From NCBI GenBank assembly GCA_030445775.1, contig JASUTC010000001.1, forward strand, positions 28,914-92,913: a stretch of DNA of 64,000 bases, written 5' to 3'. The notes under the pieces are model-generated. The model saw nothing but the letters and a program-made list of their open reading frames with translations, did no database searches and had not been told where the DNA came from. Source of the DNA: Thermotogaceae bacterium. Lineage in GTDB: Bacteria > Thermotogota > Thermotogae > MWEM01. Below are positions 9,657 through 18,609 of this stretch, in pieces; the first letter of the stretch is position 1; each line of letters begins with the position of its first letter. The position numbers and the translations under genes were made by a program.

Positions 9657-10377
9657 TTTTCGTCACCTCCAGAAAAACCTCTTCCATCGTCGAATCTCCA
9701 CGGTTTTTCTTTAACTTTTCAACGGTACCGACAAATAATAATTCCCCTTTTGAAATGATGGCAACTCGGTCACAAATCTTTTCAACAATCTCCATCACAT
9801 GAGTTGAAAAAAAGACAGTTTTGCCTTTTTCTGAATGAGATTTCATCATCTTTTTAAGTCTGAAGGCTGATTCAGGATCAAGCCCCACAATCGGTTCATC
9901 TAAAATCCAAACAGCCGGGTTATGCATCAAAGCTGATATTAGTGATAATTTTTGTCTCATGCCATGAGAATACGTATCAATCGTTTTTACCAAGTCCGAA
10001 TTCAACTTAAAAGCTTCGGATAATTTTGTAATTCTCTCTCTCCTTTGCCGGTTACTCACCTGATACATATCAGCAATGAAATTCAAATACTCGATCCCCT
10101 TTAATTTTTCCATTAATACAGCTTCGTCAGGAACATAACCAATTTGATATTTGGCTTGAACTGATGCTTTGGTTATATCATGACCGTTGACTGTGATCGA
10201 ACCGTTTGTGGGATTCAAAAGACCCACAATGGATTTAATCGTCGTTGATTTACCGGCACCATTTGGCCCTAAAAAACCGAAAACCTCACCATCTCTAATC
10301 TCTAAACTAATATTTTTAACTGCAAAAGTTCCTTTTGAATACGATTTTGAAAAATCATGAATCGATATCACTCTCAT
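9613..10377 (-). CDS. ABC transporter ATP-binding protein
   Basis: Walker A GPNGAGKST, the signature LSGGMRQ-like block YSHGMRQKLSL and Walker B ILDEP are present. The likely start is MRVISIHDF at 10377, which has a GGGAGGGG RBS. The track ORF extends to 10422. Confidence 0.8.
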   Translation of the reverse strand: MRVISIHDFSKSYSKGTFAVKNISLEIRDGEVFGFLGPNGAGKSTTIKSIVGLLNPTNGSITVNGHDITKASVQAKYQIGYVPDEAVLMEKLKGIEYLNFIADMYQVSNRQRRERITKLSEAFKLNSDLVKTIDTYSHGMRQKLSLISALMHNPAVWILDEPIVGLDPESAFRLKKMMKSHSEKGKTVFFSTHVMEIVEKICDRVAIISKGELLFVGTVEKLKKNRGDSTMEEVFLEVTKSEAEQDDFSYLDAY

Positions 10378-10420
10378 CCCCTCCCTTCTCACTGTATTAT
10401 AACAAATAGTACAGATATAC

Positions 10421-10455
10421 AAAAAAACAACCGATTACAATTCGGTTGTTTTTTT
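10421..10455. terminator. Bidirectional rho-independent terminator
   Basis: The sequence aaaaaaa-caaccga-ttacaat-tcggttg-ttttttt lies directly after the stop of the 10462-11451 gene. Confidence 0.7.
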
Positions 10456-10461
10456 GTAAAT

Positions 10462-11451
10462 TTATTTGCTCAGTAATTGATCAAATTCAGCTGTAGCTTC
10501 CGGATTCATTTGTTTACCCTTTTGTGCATACTCTTCTGCCTTTTCTCGATTTTCATCTTTCAAATAGGCTTCAACAATGCCAAAATAGGGCTCTAACTGA
10601 TCAGGAGAAGCCTCCATGGCCTGTTTGAATCCATTAATTGAAGCTTTCATATTACCCATGGGACTGTAAAGGTTTAACCACCCCTTGGATAAATTCAGAA
10701 AATAATCATTAGGATCCAATGTTAATCCCTTATTGATAGATGTTTGGGCCTCCATGGCCATTTTCATTTGCTCCAATGGAGAAACTGTATCAATCAATCT
10801 CAATGTGGTATAAGCATAAAGACCTAAAAGCCGAGGGTTTTCCGGCTGCTTTTGAAGAAGACCCTGAATTTCCGGTCTTGACCCCTTTATGGTTTCCAAG
10901 GTGGGGTCATCCATCAACATTCTGGAAAGACTCTCCGCTGATCTTTGGATGATTTGTTGTTCATCTAAGGATTCCTTTTTTTCAATTACCACTTGCTGCT
11001 CTTTCATGGGAGCGGGCTTCATTTCCTTTTCAGTAACACCACTTTGAACTGATCCAGGTGCAAGGGAAAAATATTGCATGACCATTTGAAGTATTTGTGG
11101 AAGTACATTTACAATTTGTTTCAAAACAGGTTCCTTATTGCTGAGAGATCTGATTTCAATGTCATCACCACTGACGATGATGATGCTGTAAGGAATCAAA
11201 TTGACACTTCCTGATGTTCCTGCAGCCATTAGAGGGTCTCCACCACCACCTCCAATAAAGAACGTATTCACTTCAAAAACTGGTATCAGGTACTTGTCTC
11301 CAAGTTCAACAGGATCACCTATGGCCATGTTTGGTGCGATTGACTCGAAACCAGATCCCAAGATCATCCCCGGGACATCAGATACTCCTTGTGCATACAA
11401 AACGCTCGTTAACAAAAACAGCACTGCAATAATCAAACAACACTTTTTCAT
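10462..11451 (-). CDS. Secreted protein with an N-terminal GerW/YtfJ-like glycine-rich domain and a C-terminal TPR-like region
   Basis: A signal peptide MKKCCLIIAVLFLLTSVLYA is followed by IPVFEVNTFFIGGGGGDPLMAAGTSGSVNLIPYSIIIV, which resembles the Spore_YtfJ/GerW motif. The C-terminus is helical and TPR-like. Confidence 0.45.
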   Translation of the reverse strand: MKKCCLIIAVLFLLTSVLYAQGVSDVPGMILGSGFESIAPNMAIGDPVELGDKYLIPVFEVNTFFIGGGGGDPLMAAGTSGSVNLIPYSIIIVSGDDIEIRSLSNKEPVLKQIVNVLPQILQMVMQYFSLAPGSVQSGVTEKEMKPAPMKEQQVVIEKKESLDEQQIIQRSAESLSRMLMDDPTLETIKGSRPEIQGLLQKQPENPRLLGLYAYTTLRLIDTVSPLEQMKMAMEAQTSINKGLTLDPNDYFLNLSKGWLNLYSPMGNMKASINGFKQAMEASPDQLEPYFGIVEAYLKDENREKAEEYAQKGKQMNPEATAEFDQLLSK

Positions 11452-11605
11452 TTTATACCTCCTTTTTTACCATTACCGCTGTAGTCAATTATACAACAAA
11501 TCAAATTCAATTTTTCAAACACATAATCCCAGCAATCAGGTGTTGTGGGTTTAGCTTGTATTTTTTCGAGTTTTGCAAACGATTATATTACTTATTTATT
11601 AAATG

Positions 11606-11640
11606 AAAAAAAGGGGGGCTTTCGCCACCCCTTTATTTTA
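11606..11640. terminator. Hairpin terminator (ggggggc-tttc-gccacccc) flanked by A/T runs
   Basis: The element reads aaaaaggggggctttcgccacccctttatttt, ending 2 nt before the stop of the YjfB-like gene. Confidence 0.55.
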
Positions 11641-11641
11641 T

Positions 11642-11833
11642 TCATACCCGTACATCAAGTACCGCTCCGAGACCATCCTGTTTTGGCAATGTCTGTAACA
11701 GCTGTGTATTTTCCTCAAGAGCCTGGTCCATAACCTGTTTCATGACCGCGGTACCCATTTCAGCCGATATTTGCAGATTTTTCAGCTGCATGGCTGACTG
11801 GGTAATTCCGGATGATATACCATCTACACCCAT
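11642..11833 (-). CDS. YjfB-family putative motility protein (63 aa)
   Basis: The protein ends ...AVMKQVMDQALEENTQLLQTLPKQDGLGAVLDVRV, matching the YjfB_motility pattern. A GGAGCG RBS precedes the ATG. Confidence 0.55.
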   Translation of the reverse strand: MGVDGISSGITQSAMQLKNLQISAEMGTAVMKQVMDQALEENTQLLQTLPKQDGLGAVLDVRV

Positions 11834-11968
11834 TTAACCACGCTCCTTCATTAAAGAATACAAATAATTATCGACGAAATAAAGTCAAACTTAATTACCT
11901 ATGTTCCTCTTTGGCAAATTTCACTGTTAATGGTAAAATATATTAATAACTATAAGTGAGGCTTACTC

Positions 11969-13474
11969 ATGTCCGACAAAATCGTTATAATCGATGGATA
12001 TATAGATGAACCTGCTCAATTTGGCGTCCCTCCTTATATTTCACCAACTTGTCGTTATGCCTTTGGTTGCTATATGTTCTATGGAGTTACTCCTGAATAT
12101 TATACGATTGATCAAATTAGAGAGCATGACCTTTGGAATTATCTAAATGGTTTTGATCATCTTATTTTAATCGGTGGTGTTAGTGTCCCCGGTAAATACA
12201 TCGGGGGTAATCCCGTAAAATACACCGAACTGGAAAAAATTTCTCAATATGCACCACATCCCCTGAAAATCTATAAAGGGCCATATACTTTGGGTTATAC
12301 TAGTAAAGGGGGACGAGATGCTCATGTTATCGAACATCTGAATAATTTATACGATTGCCCTGTAACAGGTAATTTGGAAACCTTTTTATTTTACTTGTTA
12401 AAAGGTGATCTTCCTGCTGAATCTATTGAGAAAGACGAGGCTGTTTTTGAAAAGATCACTCAATATGGCGCACCAATCATTAGACAACACCCGAATTATC
12501 CCGATCTAATCTGTGAAATTGAAGTCTCTACAGGATGTGAAAGAAATAGCCACTGTTCCTTTTGTACAGAACCACTTTTTTACGGTAAATATCACGAAAG
12601 ATTGCCTGAAAAAATTCTCAAAGAAATTGAGGGACTTGTCAAAAATGGGGCTAGATACTTCAGGTTGGGGCGTGCAGCAAATATATTGGCATATGGATAT
12701 ACAAAAAACGATAAAGATGGTTTATTTTTAGATCAATTATATTCCGGTATTAGACAAAAATGCCCAAAATTAGGTATGCTTCACACTGATAATGCAAATC
12801 CTGGATTCATACAAAACAATCCGATGATTTCAGAAAAAGCTATAAAAATAATTTCACAGTACAACACCTCCGGTGACAGTCTATCCTTTGGTGTAGAAAG
12901 TTTTGACGAAACAGTCATTAAACAGAACAATTTGGCTATAGATCCCGATGGCGTTATCTCCGCTTGTGAAACAGTTAATCGCGTCGGTGGTTTTTTAAAA
13001 GATGGTGTACCGGCCTTGCTACCAGGGATTAACCTTTTGTTTGGATTAATAGGGGAAAGCACCAAAACATTTGACATCAATTTTAAGTACTTAAAGAAAC
13101 TAATGGAAAAAGGCATTTTATTGCGTAGAATAAATATAAGAAAAGCTATGGTTTTTCCCGAAACTCCACTTTACCGTTATATTCAAAAACATAAAATTAA
13201 GTCTCATTCACGTGAATTTAGAAAATTCAAAGAAAAAGTCAGAGAAGAAATCGACAGACCAATGCTTAAAAAAGTCTATCCCTCTGGAACAATAATAAAA
13301 GATGTGATTGTGGAATACAATAAAGGAAACATATCCTTCGGGAGAAAACTTGGTACTTATGCAATTTTAATCGGTATTAGAAAAAAAATAAAACCGGGAA
13401 CAAAATTAAATGTCAGAATAACCGAACACGGTTACAGATCAGTTACTGGTGTAATTGAAAATGAGGATGGATAA
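11969..13474 (+). CDS. Large radical-SAM family Fe-S oxidoreductase with an atypical Cx5Cx2C cluster motif (501 aa)
   Basis: The cluster motif reads GCERNSHCSFC, giving Cx5Cx2C spacing, and an aromatic-rich region follows. An N-terminal ~180-aa domain (KIVIIDGYIDEP...) resembles the front domain of class-B/COG1032-type rSAM enzymes. Confidence 0.6.
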   Translation: MSDKIVIIDGYIDEPAQFGVPPYISPTCRYAFGCYMFYGVTPEYYTIDQIREHDLWNYLNGFDHLILIGGVSVPGKYIGGNPVKYTELEKISQYAPHPLKIYKGPYTLGYTSKGGRDAHVIEHLNNLYDCPVTGNLETFLFYLLKGDLPAESIEKDEAVFEKITQYGAPIIRQHPNYPDLICEIEVSTGCERNSHCSFCTEPLFYGKYHERLPEKILKEIEGLVKNGARYFRLGRAANILAYGYTKNDKDGLFLDQLYSGIRQKCPKLGMLHTDNANPGFIQNNPMISEKAIKIISQYNTSGDSLSFGVESFDETVIKQNNLAIDPDGVISACETVNRVGGFLKDGVPALLPGINLLFGLIGESTKTFDINFKYLKKLMEKGILLRRINIRKAMVFPETPLYRYIQKHKIKSHSREFRKFKEKVREEIDRPMLKKVYPSGTIIKDVIVEYNKGNISFGRKLGTYAILIGIRKKIKPGTKLNVRITEHGYRSVTGVIENEDG

Positions 13475-13476
13475 TT

Positions 13477-14541
13477 ATGGCCGAAGAAATTATCAATGAA
13501 TTTGATCTTTTTGCAGTTCACATTAAAATTAACTGTATTTCACTTGATGAAGTGATTGTTGGCTATTTTTTCGGTAAAAAAAACGAAAATTTGGAGTACA
13601 CGTTCTTTAATTTTCCCGCCTCTGTAAGACAAAGATTACCCGATATCAACAATAACCCACACCTTAATTTTAAAGAAGAACTTAATGAAATATCAAATAA
13701 ATTGATTCCCGACCATCCAGAAATCGTTGAGAGAAGCGCTAAATTGATGGATTACATTAATATTCAATTTAGAAAAATCGGAGGATTAGAACGTTTTTCA
13801 AAGAAGGTTTCCTATTTATTCGAATTGGACGAAAAAGACGAAATCAGTATGGAGTTACTGGGATTATTTGATAACTGGGTCGAAAAGAAGGAATTGCAAT
13901 ACACTGCCGAGCTCTTTTCTGCTGAAGATTATACAAAACAAGTAATGGAAAGTGCAGAATTCTATCCCGAGATGGAAAATATCACCAATTATCTTGATTT
14001 AACGAAAATGATTGAATTTTACCCTCTAATAGATCCAATTCAAGGAATCTCTATTGATGCCTTTGAGGTTGGCATGTCTTTAAGAATCACAATCCTTTCA
14101 TTTCCGGATGAGGAAACAGAAAAACTTATCAAAGATCATTATCAAGATCATATCGACCCGAAAGAAGGTTATTTAAAAACCATTGAAGCTGACATTGTAT
14201 CAAAGGAGTTACTTTCAGGAAAAAATGACACTTATGTACTTGTAAAGGTTCACTTATGTGAGGATATCTATGCTTATTCAATCATTCTCAAATCTTTAAA
14301 ACTCAATCGAAACCAGATTCTCAAACGTAATCTATTACCACCCATACAAGAGGAAGATGAAAGTATCCCCTCAGGTGAAGAAAAGATTTTCACGGGGAGA
14401 ATAAAAAAGGAAACCAAAGTATTTTCAACGCTGAAAGAAAAAGCGAAATTTAAAATAACAGATTTGATATTAGTTTTAATAATTGTGGGAGGGAGCATCG
14501 CATTAACCGCGTTATTAATTGACTTAATATCAAAAAGATGA
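13477..14541 (+). CDS. Uncharacterised protein, C-terminally membrane-anchored (paralogue A of a two-member family in this window)
   Basis: 354 aa with a single C-terminal TM helix LILVLIIVGGSIALTALLIDLI. It shares motifs with the 16976-18007 product: GYFFGK/GFFFGK, FxNF, FYP(L/I)(I/V)DP and EGY. Confidence 0.6.
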   Translation: MAEEIINEFDLFAVHIKINCISLDEVIVGYFFGKKNENLEYTFFNFPASVRQRLPDINNNPHLNFKEELNEISNKLIPDHPEIVERSAKLMDYINIQFRKIGGLERFSKKVSYLFELDEKDEISMELLGLFDNWVEKKELQYTAELFSAEDYTKQVMESAEFYPEMENITNYLDLTKMIEFYPLIDPIQGISIDAFEVGMSLRITILSFPDEETEKLIKDHYQDHIDPKEGYLKTIEADIVSKELLSGKNDTYVLVKVHLCEDIYAYSIILKSLKLNRNQILKRNLLPPIQEEDESIPSGEEKIFTGRIKKETKVFSTLKEKAKFKITDLILVLIIVGGSIALTALLIDLISKR

Positions 14542-15488
14542 AACAAATGGGAAGTGTAAGCATGAACAATATCTTTGGAATCGTTCCCTCAAGAAGGTTG
14601 GGAAGATCATTAGGGGTAAGTACCATTCCAATCAGTACATGTAGTTATTCATGCGTTTATTGCCAGCTTGGCAGGACCAGAAACATGACTATCAGACGTC
14701 ATAATTTCTTTAAAATCGATGATCTTGTTATGCAGTTGAAAGGTTATCAGGATAAAAAAGACAAATTTGATGTGATCACCCTTGTAGGAGAAGGTGAACC
14801 AACCTTATACGAACAAACAGGGGAGCTGATAAAAAGAATAAAACAGCTTTTTGATAAACCGATAGCACTCATTACAAATGGTTCCTTATTTTTTCTGGAA
14901 GAAGTTCGACAGGATTGTATGCATGCAGATATTGTCATGCCAACATTGGATGCATGGGATGATGATAGTTTCAAAACTTTAAACAGGCCGTTTAAAACCA
15001 TTACCTTTGAAAAGATGTACAATGGATTAGTGGATTTCAGAGGAGAATATAAAGGTGACTTTTATCTGGAAATCATGTGTGTAAAGGGAATCACTGACCA
15101 AGGTAATAACATGGCGTTGTTAACCGAAAAAATCAACAAATTAAATCCTGACAAGGTATTTGTCAATACACCCGTCAGACCACCTGCGGAAAAATGGGTT
15201 GAAAGATGTACTAAAGAATTTATAGAGAAATTACAAAAACAATTTAAAACAAACACAGATTTAGAAATACCTGATACAAATTTATACAGTCATAATCTTG
15301 ACCTTTACCAGGCGATAATCGAAATCATCAAACGCCATCCACTTGATCAATCCAGTATAGAAAAGTTCTGTAAAAACCGGGAAGAAGATCCTGAACAGAT
15401 GATTAAAAGATTATCAGAAGATAAAAATGTAGAAAGAATTAAGTATGAGAATAAGGTGTTTTATAGAATAAAATCAAAAAAGAGGTAA
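14538..15488 (+). CDS. Radical-SAM enzyme (PflA/QueE-like small class)
   Basis: The canonical cluster motif CSYSCVYC (CxxxCxxC) is present, along with the glycine-rich GEGEPTL and ITNGSL blocks. The start overlaps the previous gene by 4 nt. Confidence 0.7.
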   Translation: MKQMGSVSMNNIFGIVPSRRLGRSLGVSTIPISTCSYSCVYCQLGRTRNMTIRRHNFFKIDDLVMQLKGYQDKKDKFDVITLVGEGEPTLYEQTGELIKRIKQLFDKPIALITNGSLFFLEEVRQDCMHADIVMPTLDAWDDDSFKTLNRPFKTITFEKMYNGLVDFRGEYKGDFYLEIMCVKGITDQGNNMALLTEKINKLNPDKVFVNTPVRPPAEKWVERCTKEFIEKLQKQFKTNTDLEIPDTNLYSHNLDLYQAIIEIIKRHPLDQSSIEKFCKNREEDPEQMIKRLSEDKNVERIKYENKVFYRIKSKKR

Positions 15489-15489
15489 A

Positions 15490-16845
15490 TCAATGAAGGT
15501 TTTCCACCACATTCTTCAACCAAGACCCCTTTTTATACCGTTTGATCAGAACAAAGAATTTTGTCGTTTCTTCAACCATACACAAAGAATAAACGACTGG
15601 AAAAGGCCATTTTAAGACAAGACCTGCAATAGCTGTTACTGGAATACCAATAAGCCAAAGACAACCGGCCTCAACATAAAAGGAAAATTTAGTATCGCCT
15701 CCAGCCCTCAAGATTCCTACTATAAATAAACCGTTGAGGATTTTTATCGGGGAATAAAGCATGGACAACCTTAGTAGAAGGATGGCAAGTTTTTTTACTT
15801 CCTCACTCACTGAAAAAAGATTAACAAATTGAGGGGCAAAAACAATCATAGGAGTTACGAAAAGGACAACTAAAAAAAGATCAAGATAAATGATCTTCTT
15901 TGAAATATCTTTTGCTTTCTTAAAAGAAGATTTGCCCAATTCTTGTCCTATAATTACTGCGGCAGCATTCGACAATGCCATTAATACCGCAAATGAAAAA
16001 CGCTCTATACTGTTCATGATCCTGTTAGCAGCTAAAAGACTTGTTCCCATATAACTGTAGATGATGGTATACATGGAAAAACCTGTAGACCAAAACAATT
16101 CGTTTAATACGGTTGGGGTTGTATATTTCATGAAGCGTTTAAAAAAAGATTTAGATAAACTTTTAAAATGCACAATATGCACTCTTCCTGGATATTTCTT
16201 CCCGTAGATAATGCATAAAATCAACACCATTTCAAATATTCTGGACAATAATGTACCAATACCGGCTCCCTCGATTCCTAATTTCGGAAACCCGAAATTA
16301 CCAAATATCAGTGAGTAATTAAGAAGAACATTTAAACCGATTGCAATCATACTGACCATCATTGGAATAACGGCTTTTTCTGTGTTTCTTAAGACAAAGG
16401 CATAGGTCATGGTAATCCCGAAAGTAATAAAGCTAAAACTGATGGCGGATAAATACTTTGTTCCTTCCCTGATAACGGCTTGGTCTGGAGAAAATATCCT
16501 TAGAGTATTTTCAGGAAAGAAAAAGGCCAGTACAAAAAAAACAACTGAGAAAATCAGGGAACAGGAAATCATTAAAGCGGTCGTTCGAGAAATATTAAAT
16601 TCCTGCTTTGTCCCCCAAAATTGTGCAATAAAGATAGAACCACCGGAAACAAGTCCAAACATGACTACGTTGAATATAAAGAAAAATTGGTTAGATAAAC
16701 CGACTGCGGATATGGAAACTTCCCCAAGTTGCCCGATCATTAACATATCCACAAAGTTCATACTGCTTAAAATGATTTGTTGAATTGCTATCGGTAATGC
16801 CACTTTAAAGAGTCTTCTATAAACATTCATGCTGGATTTTAACAC
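15490..16845 (-). CDS. MATE-family multidrug/oligosaccharide efflux transporter
   Basis: 451 aa with about 12 TM helices. The topology and length fit the MATE fold. The gene is convergent with the rSAM gene and their ends are 2 nt apart. Confidence 0.65.
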   Translation of the reverse strand: MLKSSMNVYRRLFKVALPIAIQQIILSSMNFVDMLMIGQLGEVSISAVGLSNQFFFIFNVVMFGLVSGGSIFIAQFWGTKQEFNISRTTALMISCSLIFSVVFFVLAFFFPENTLRIFSPDQAVIREGTKYLSAISFSFITFGITMTYAFVLRNTEKAVIPMMVSMIAIGLNVLLNYSLIFGNFGFPKLGIEGAGIGTLLSRIFEMVLILCIIYGKKYPGRVHIVHFKSLSKSFFKRFMKYTTPTVLNELFWSTGFSMYTIIYSYMGTSLLAANRIMNSIERFSFAVLMALSNAAAVIIGQELGKSSFKKAKDISKKIIYLDLFLVVLFVTPMIVFAPQFVNLFSVSEEVKKLAILLLRLSMLYSPIKILNGLFIVGILRAGGDTKFSFYVEAGCLWLIGIPVTAIAGLVLKWPFPVVYSLCMVEETTKFFVLIKRYKKGSWLKNVVENLH

Positions 16846-16975
16846 AAAAAAAGGAATATAATAAAAAGGTTATGTTATTTGTTCGTAAACAAAAATAGTT
16901 TCAAACATGTGCATCAATAAAGTTCCTGCTCTTCATGATATAATTATGAATAAGCTGATATTTCGGTGAAAAGGT

Positions 16976-18007
16976 GTGTCAATGGAGTTTGATTTTTTTT
17001 CAGTTAAAGTATATGCGGAAAGTCAGTCATCAGACGAAATCATTTTAGGTTTTTTCTTTGGCAAAGTGGAAGGACGTTTGGAATTCCAATTTATCAATTT
17101 TGCCAGAAGGTTTAAAGATTTGGCAAAAATAAATCTCAAAGAAGATCTTAACGATTTTAAAAAGGACCTTAACCAGATTTATAGAAAACTTATTGCCAGA
17201 AGTGGAGACATCATTTCAAAAACGAATGATTTTTCCAATTATCTAAAATCTTATATCAATAAAAACGGCGGAAGACTCACTTTCAGCAATAAACTCAGTA
17301 CCATTATTGAAAATAAAGATACAGAAGCGGTAAGATCATTACTCAGGGAACTGTTTGATGAATGGACCAGTGATGTAAAAATCAGATTTGACTGGGGTTG
17401 TTCAACCTATAATGAGATGAGTTTGGAAGAGTCTTCGAAAACTGAACAATCTTTAGACATTCAAAGTGCGATTGAAAAGACAAAAGACAGAAAAGATCTT
17501 TTGGATATGGCGGATTTTTATCCAATCGTTGATCCCATGGAGGGTAAACCTGTGGCAAGTCTTAAGGTTGGTGACTCAATCTATCTAACCGTTGTTAATT
17601 TTAACGATGAAGGCGAAGAACAGAGGCTCGTTAACAGCTATCCAGATAAATTTGATGAAAATGGGAAAAACATTAAACCTTTTGAAGGTTATATTACCGC
17701 TATGGAATATTGTTCAGCAGAAAAAGGGACTGTATTATTGAAGGTACAAATTGATGAATGGTTTCTGGCAAAGGCAATTATTATGTCCAATATTCGAATA
17801 ATGCAGACAAACCGACGAAAAAATTTGTTAAAACAGAATGCAATGGACCAAGATAATATAACAGACACTTTAGTCCAAAAATCCGAGAAAAAAAGTGAAC
17901 AAGAAGATGGCGTTTCCAGAGAAACGTTAATTGACCGTCTTATTATCTCATCCTTAATCGCTCTCATTGTCATCACTATTTTAATCATTATATTCATTTT
18001 TCTATGA
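16976..18007 (+). CDS. Uncharacterised protein, C-terminally membrane-anchored (paralogue B)
   Basis: About 30% identity along its full length with the 13477-14541 product. The C-terminal TM helix is LIISSLIALIVITILIIIFIFL. The ATG at 16982 has an aagg RBS. The stop lies 1 nt before the MetH-activation-domain gene. Confidence 0.6.
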   Translation: MSMEFDFFSVKVYAESQSSDEIILGFFFGKVEGRLEFQFINFARRFKDLAKINLKEDLNDFKKDLNQIYRKLIARSGDIISKTNDFSNYLKSYINKNGGRLTFSNKLSTIIENKDTEAVRSLLRELFDEWTSDVKIRFDWGCSTYNEMSLEESSKTEQSLDIQSAIEKTKDRKDLLDMADFYPIVDPMEGKPVASLKVGDSIYLTVVNFNDEGEEQRLVNSYPDKFDENGKNIKPFEGYITAMEYCSAEKGTVLLKVQIDEWFLAKAIIMSNIRIMQTNRRKNLLKQNAMDQDNITDTLVQKSEKKSEQEDGVSRETLIDRLIISSLIALIVITILIIIFIFL

Positions 18008-18008
18008 G

Positions 18009-18578
18009 GTGAGCAAATTGGCGAATATTTTTTATCCTGACAAGGCCGATTATCTGCCTTCGAAAAAGCAATACTTGTTAAGAGCGGGTTTTAAAGGCAT
18101 TCAAACCAAACTTGAACGTTCAATGCTAAACCTTACAAATGAGATCTATCTTGAAGCAATACCCTTGGTTGAAGCTCAAATCGACCATCTAACAATACCT
18201 GTTGAAAACGTTGGTAAAATAACAATACCTGAGAAATTCCAAGGGGTAAGTCAAATAACGTACTTTATTTCTACCATTGGAAGAAGGATTGAAGAACGTA
18301 TTGAAAGATACAGTGATTCGGGGGAAACAACAAAAGCCACTTTATTAGATGCATGGGCTTCAGAATCATTAGAGGAATTAAACGAAAATTTTGATAAACA
18401 ACTTCGAAAAAAGCATCATAAAGGCACTATGCGTTTTTCTCCGGGTTATTCAGATTTAAACCTGAGTGAAAACAAAAAAATCATTGATTTGCTTCAATGT
18501 CGTATTGTTAGCGTACACCCAATTTCAGCTATGCTTTCACCACAAAAAAGCACGGTTTGTATGATAGGATGGTATTAG
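18009..18578 (+). CDS. Stand-alone methionine synthase reactivation (AdoMet-binding) domain protein
   Basis: The RFSPGYSDL motif is typical of the MetH activation domain. Its ~190-aa size fits the split MetH arrangement known in Thermotoga. Confidence 0.6.
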   Translation: MSKLANIFYPDKADYLPSKKQYLLRAGFKGIQTKLERSMLNLTNEIYLEAIPLVEAQIDHLTIPVENVGKITIPEKFQGVSQITYFISTIGRRIEERIERYSDSGETTKATLLDAWASESLEELNENFDKQLRKKHHKGTMRFSPGYSDLNLSENKKIIDLLQCRIVSVHPISAMLSPQKSTVCMIGWY

Positions 18579-18609
18579 CAAATACCACTATTAACATAAA
18601 GGGGTTTAT

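Noticed and set aside
11201-11733. Plus-strand ORFs 11201-11554 and 11545-11733
   Set aside because: These overlap the well-supported minus-strand lipoprotein gene and the terminator/YjfB region. They are Pro- and Gly-rich antisense translations with no RBS, so I judge them spurious.
11969-13474. Calling the 501-aa rSAM a MiaB/RimO-type methylthiotransferase because of its HCSFC cluster ending
   Set aside because: It has no TRAM or UPF0004 domain arrangement, and the spacing is Cx5Cx2C rather than CxxxCxxC. The resemblance is limited to the SFC tripeptide.
16846-16981. Possible SAM (S-box) riboswitch upstream of the met-associated operon
   Set aside because: The 130-bp region is AT-rich and lacks the conserved S-box core elements. 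Upstream of that, the MATE gene is on the opposite strand.
18181-18250. Direct repeat aacaatacctg x2
   Set aside because: It lies inside the coding sequence of the MetH-activation-domain gene and encodes a repeated TIP tripeptide. It is not a regulatory or mobile repeat.
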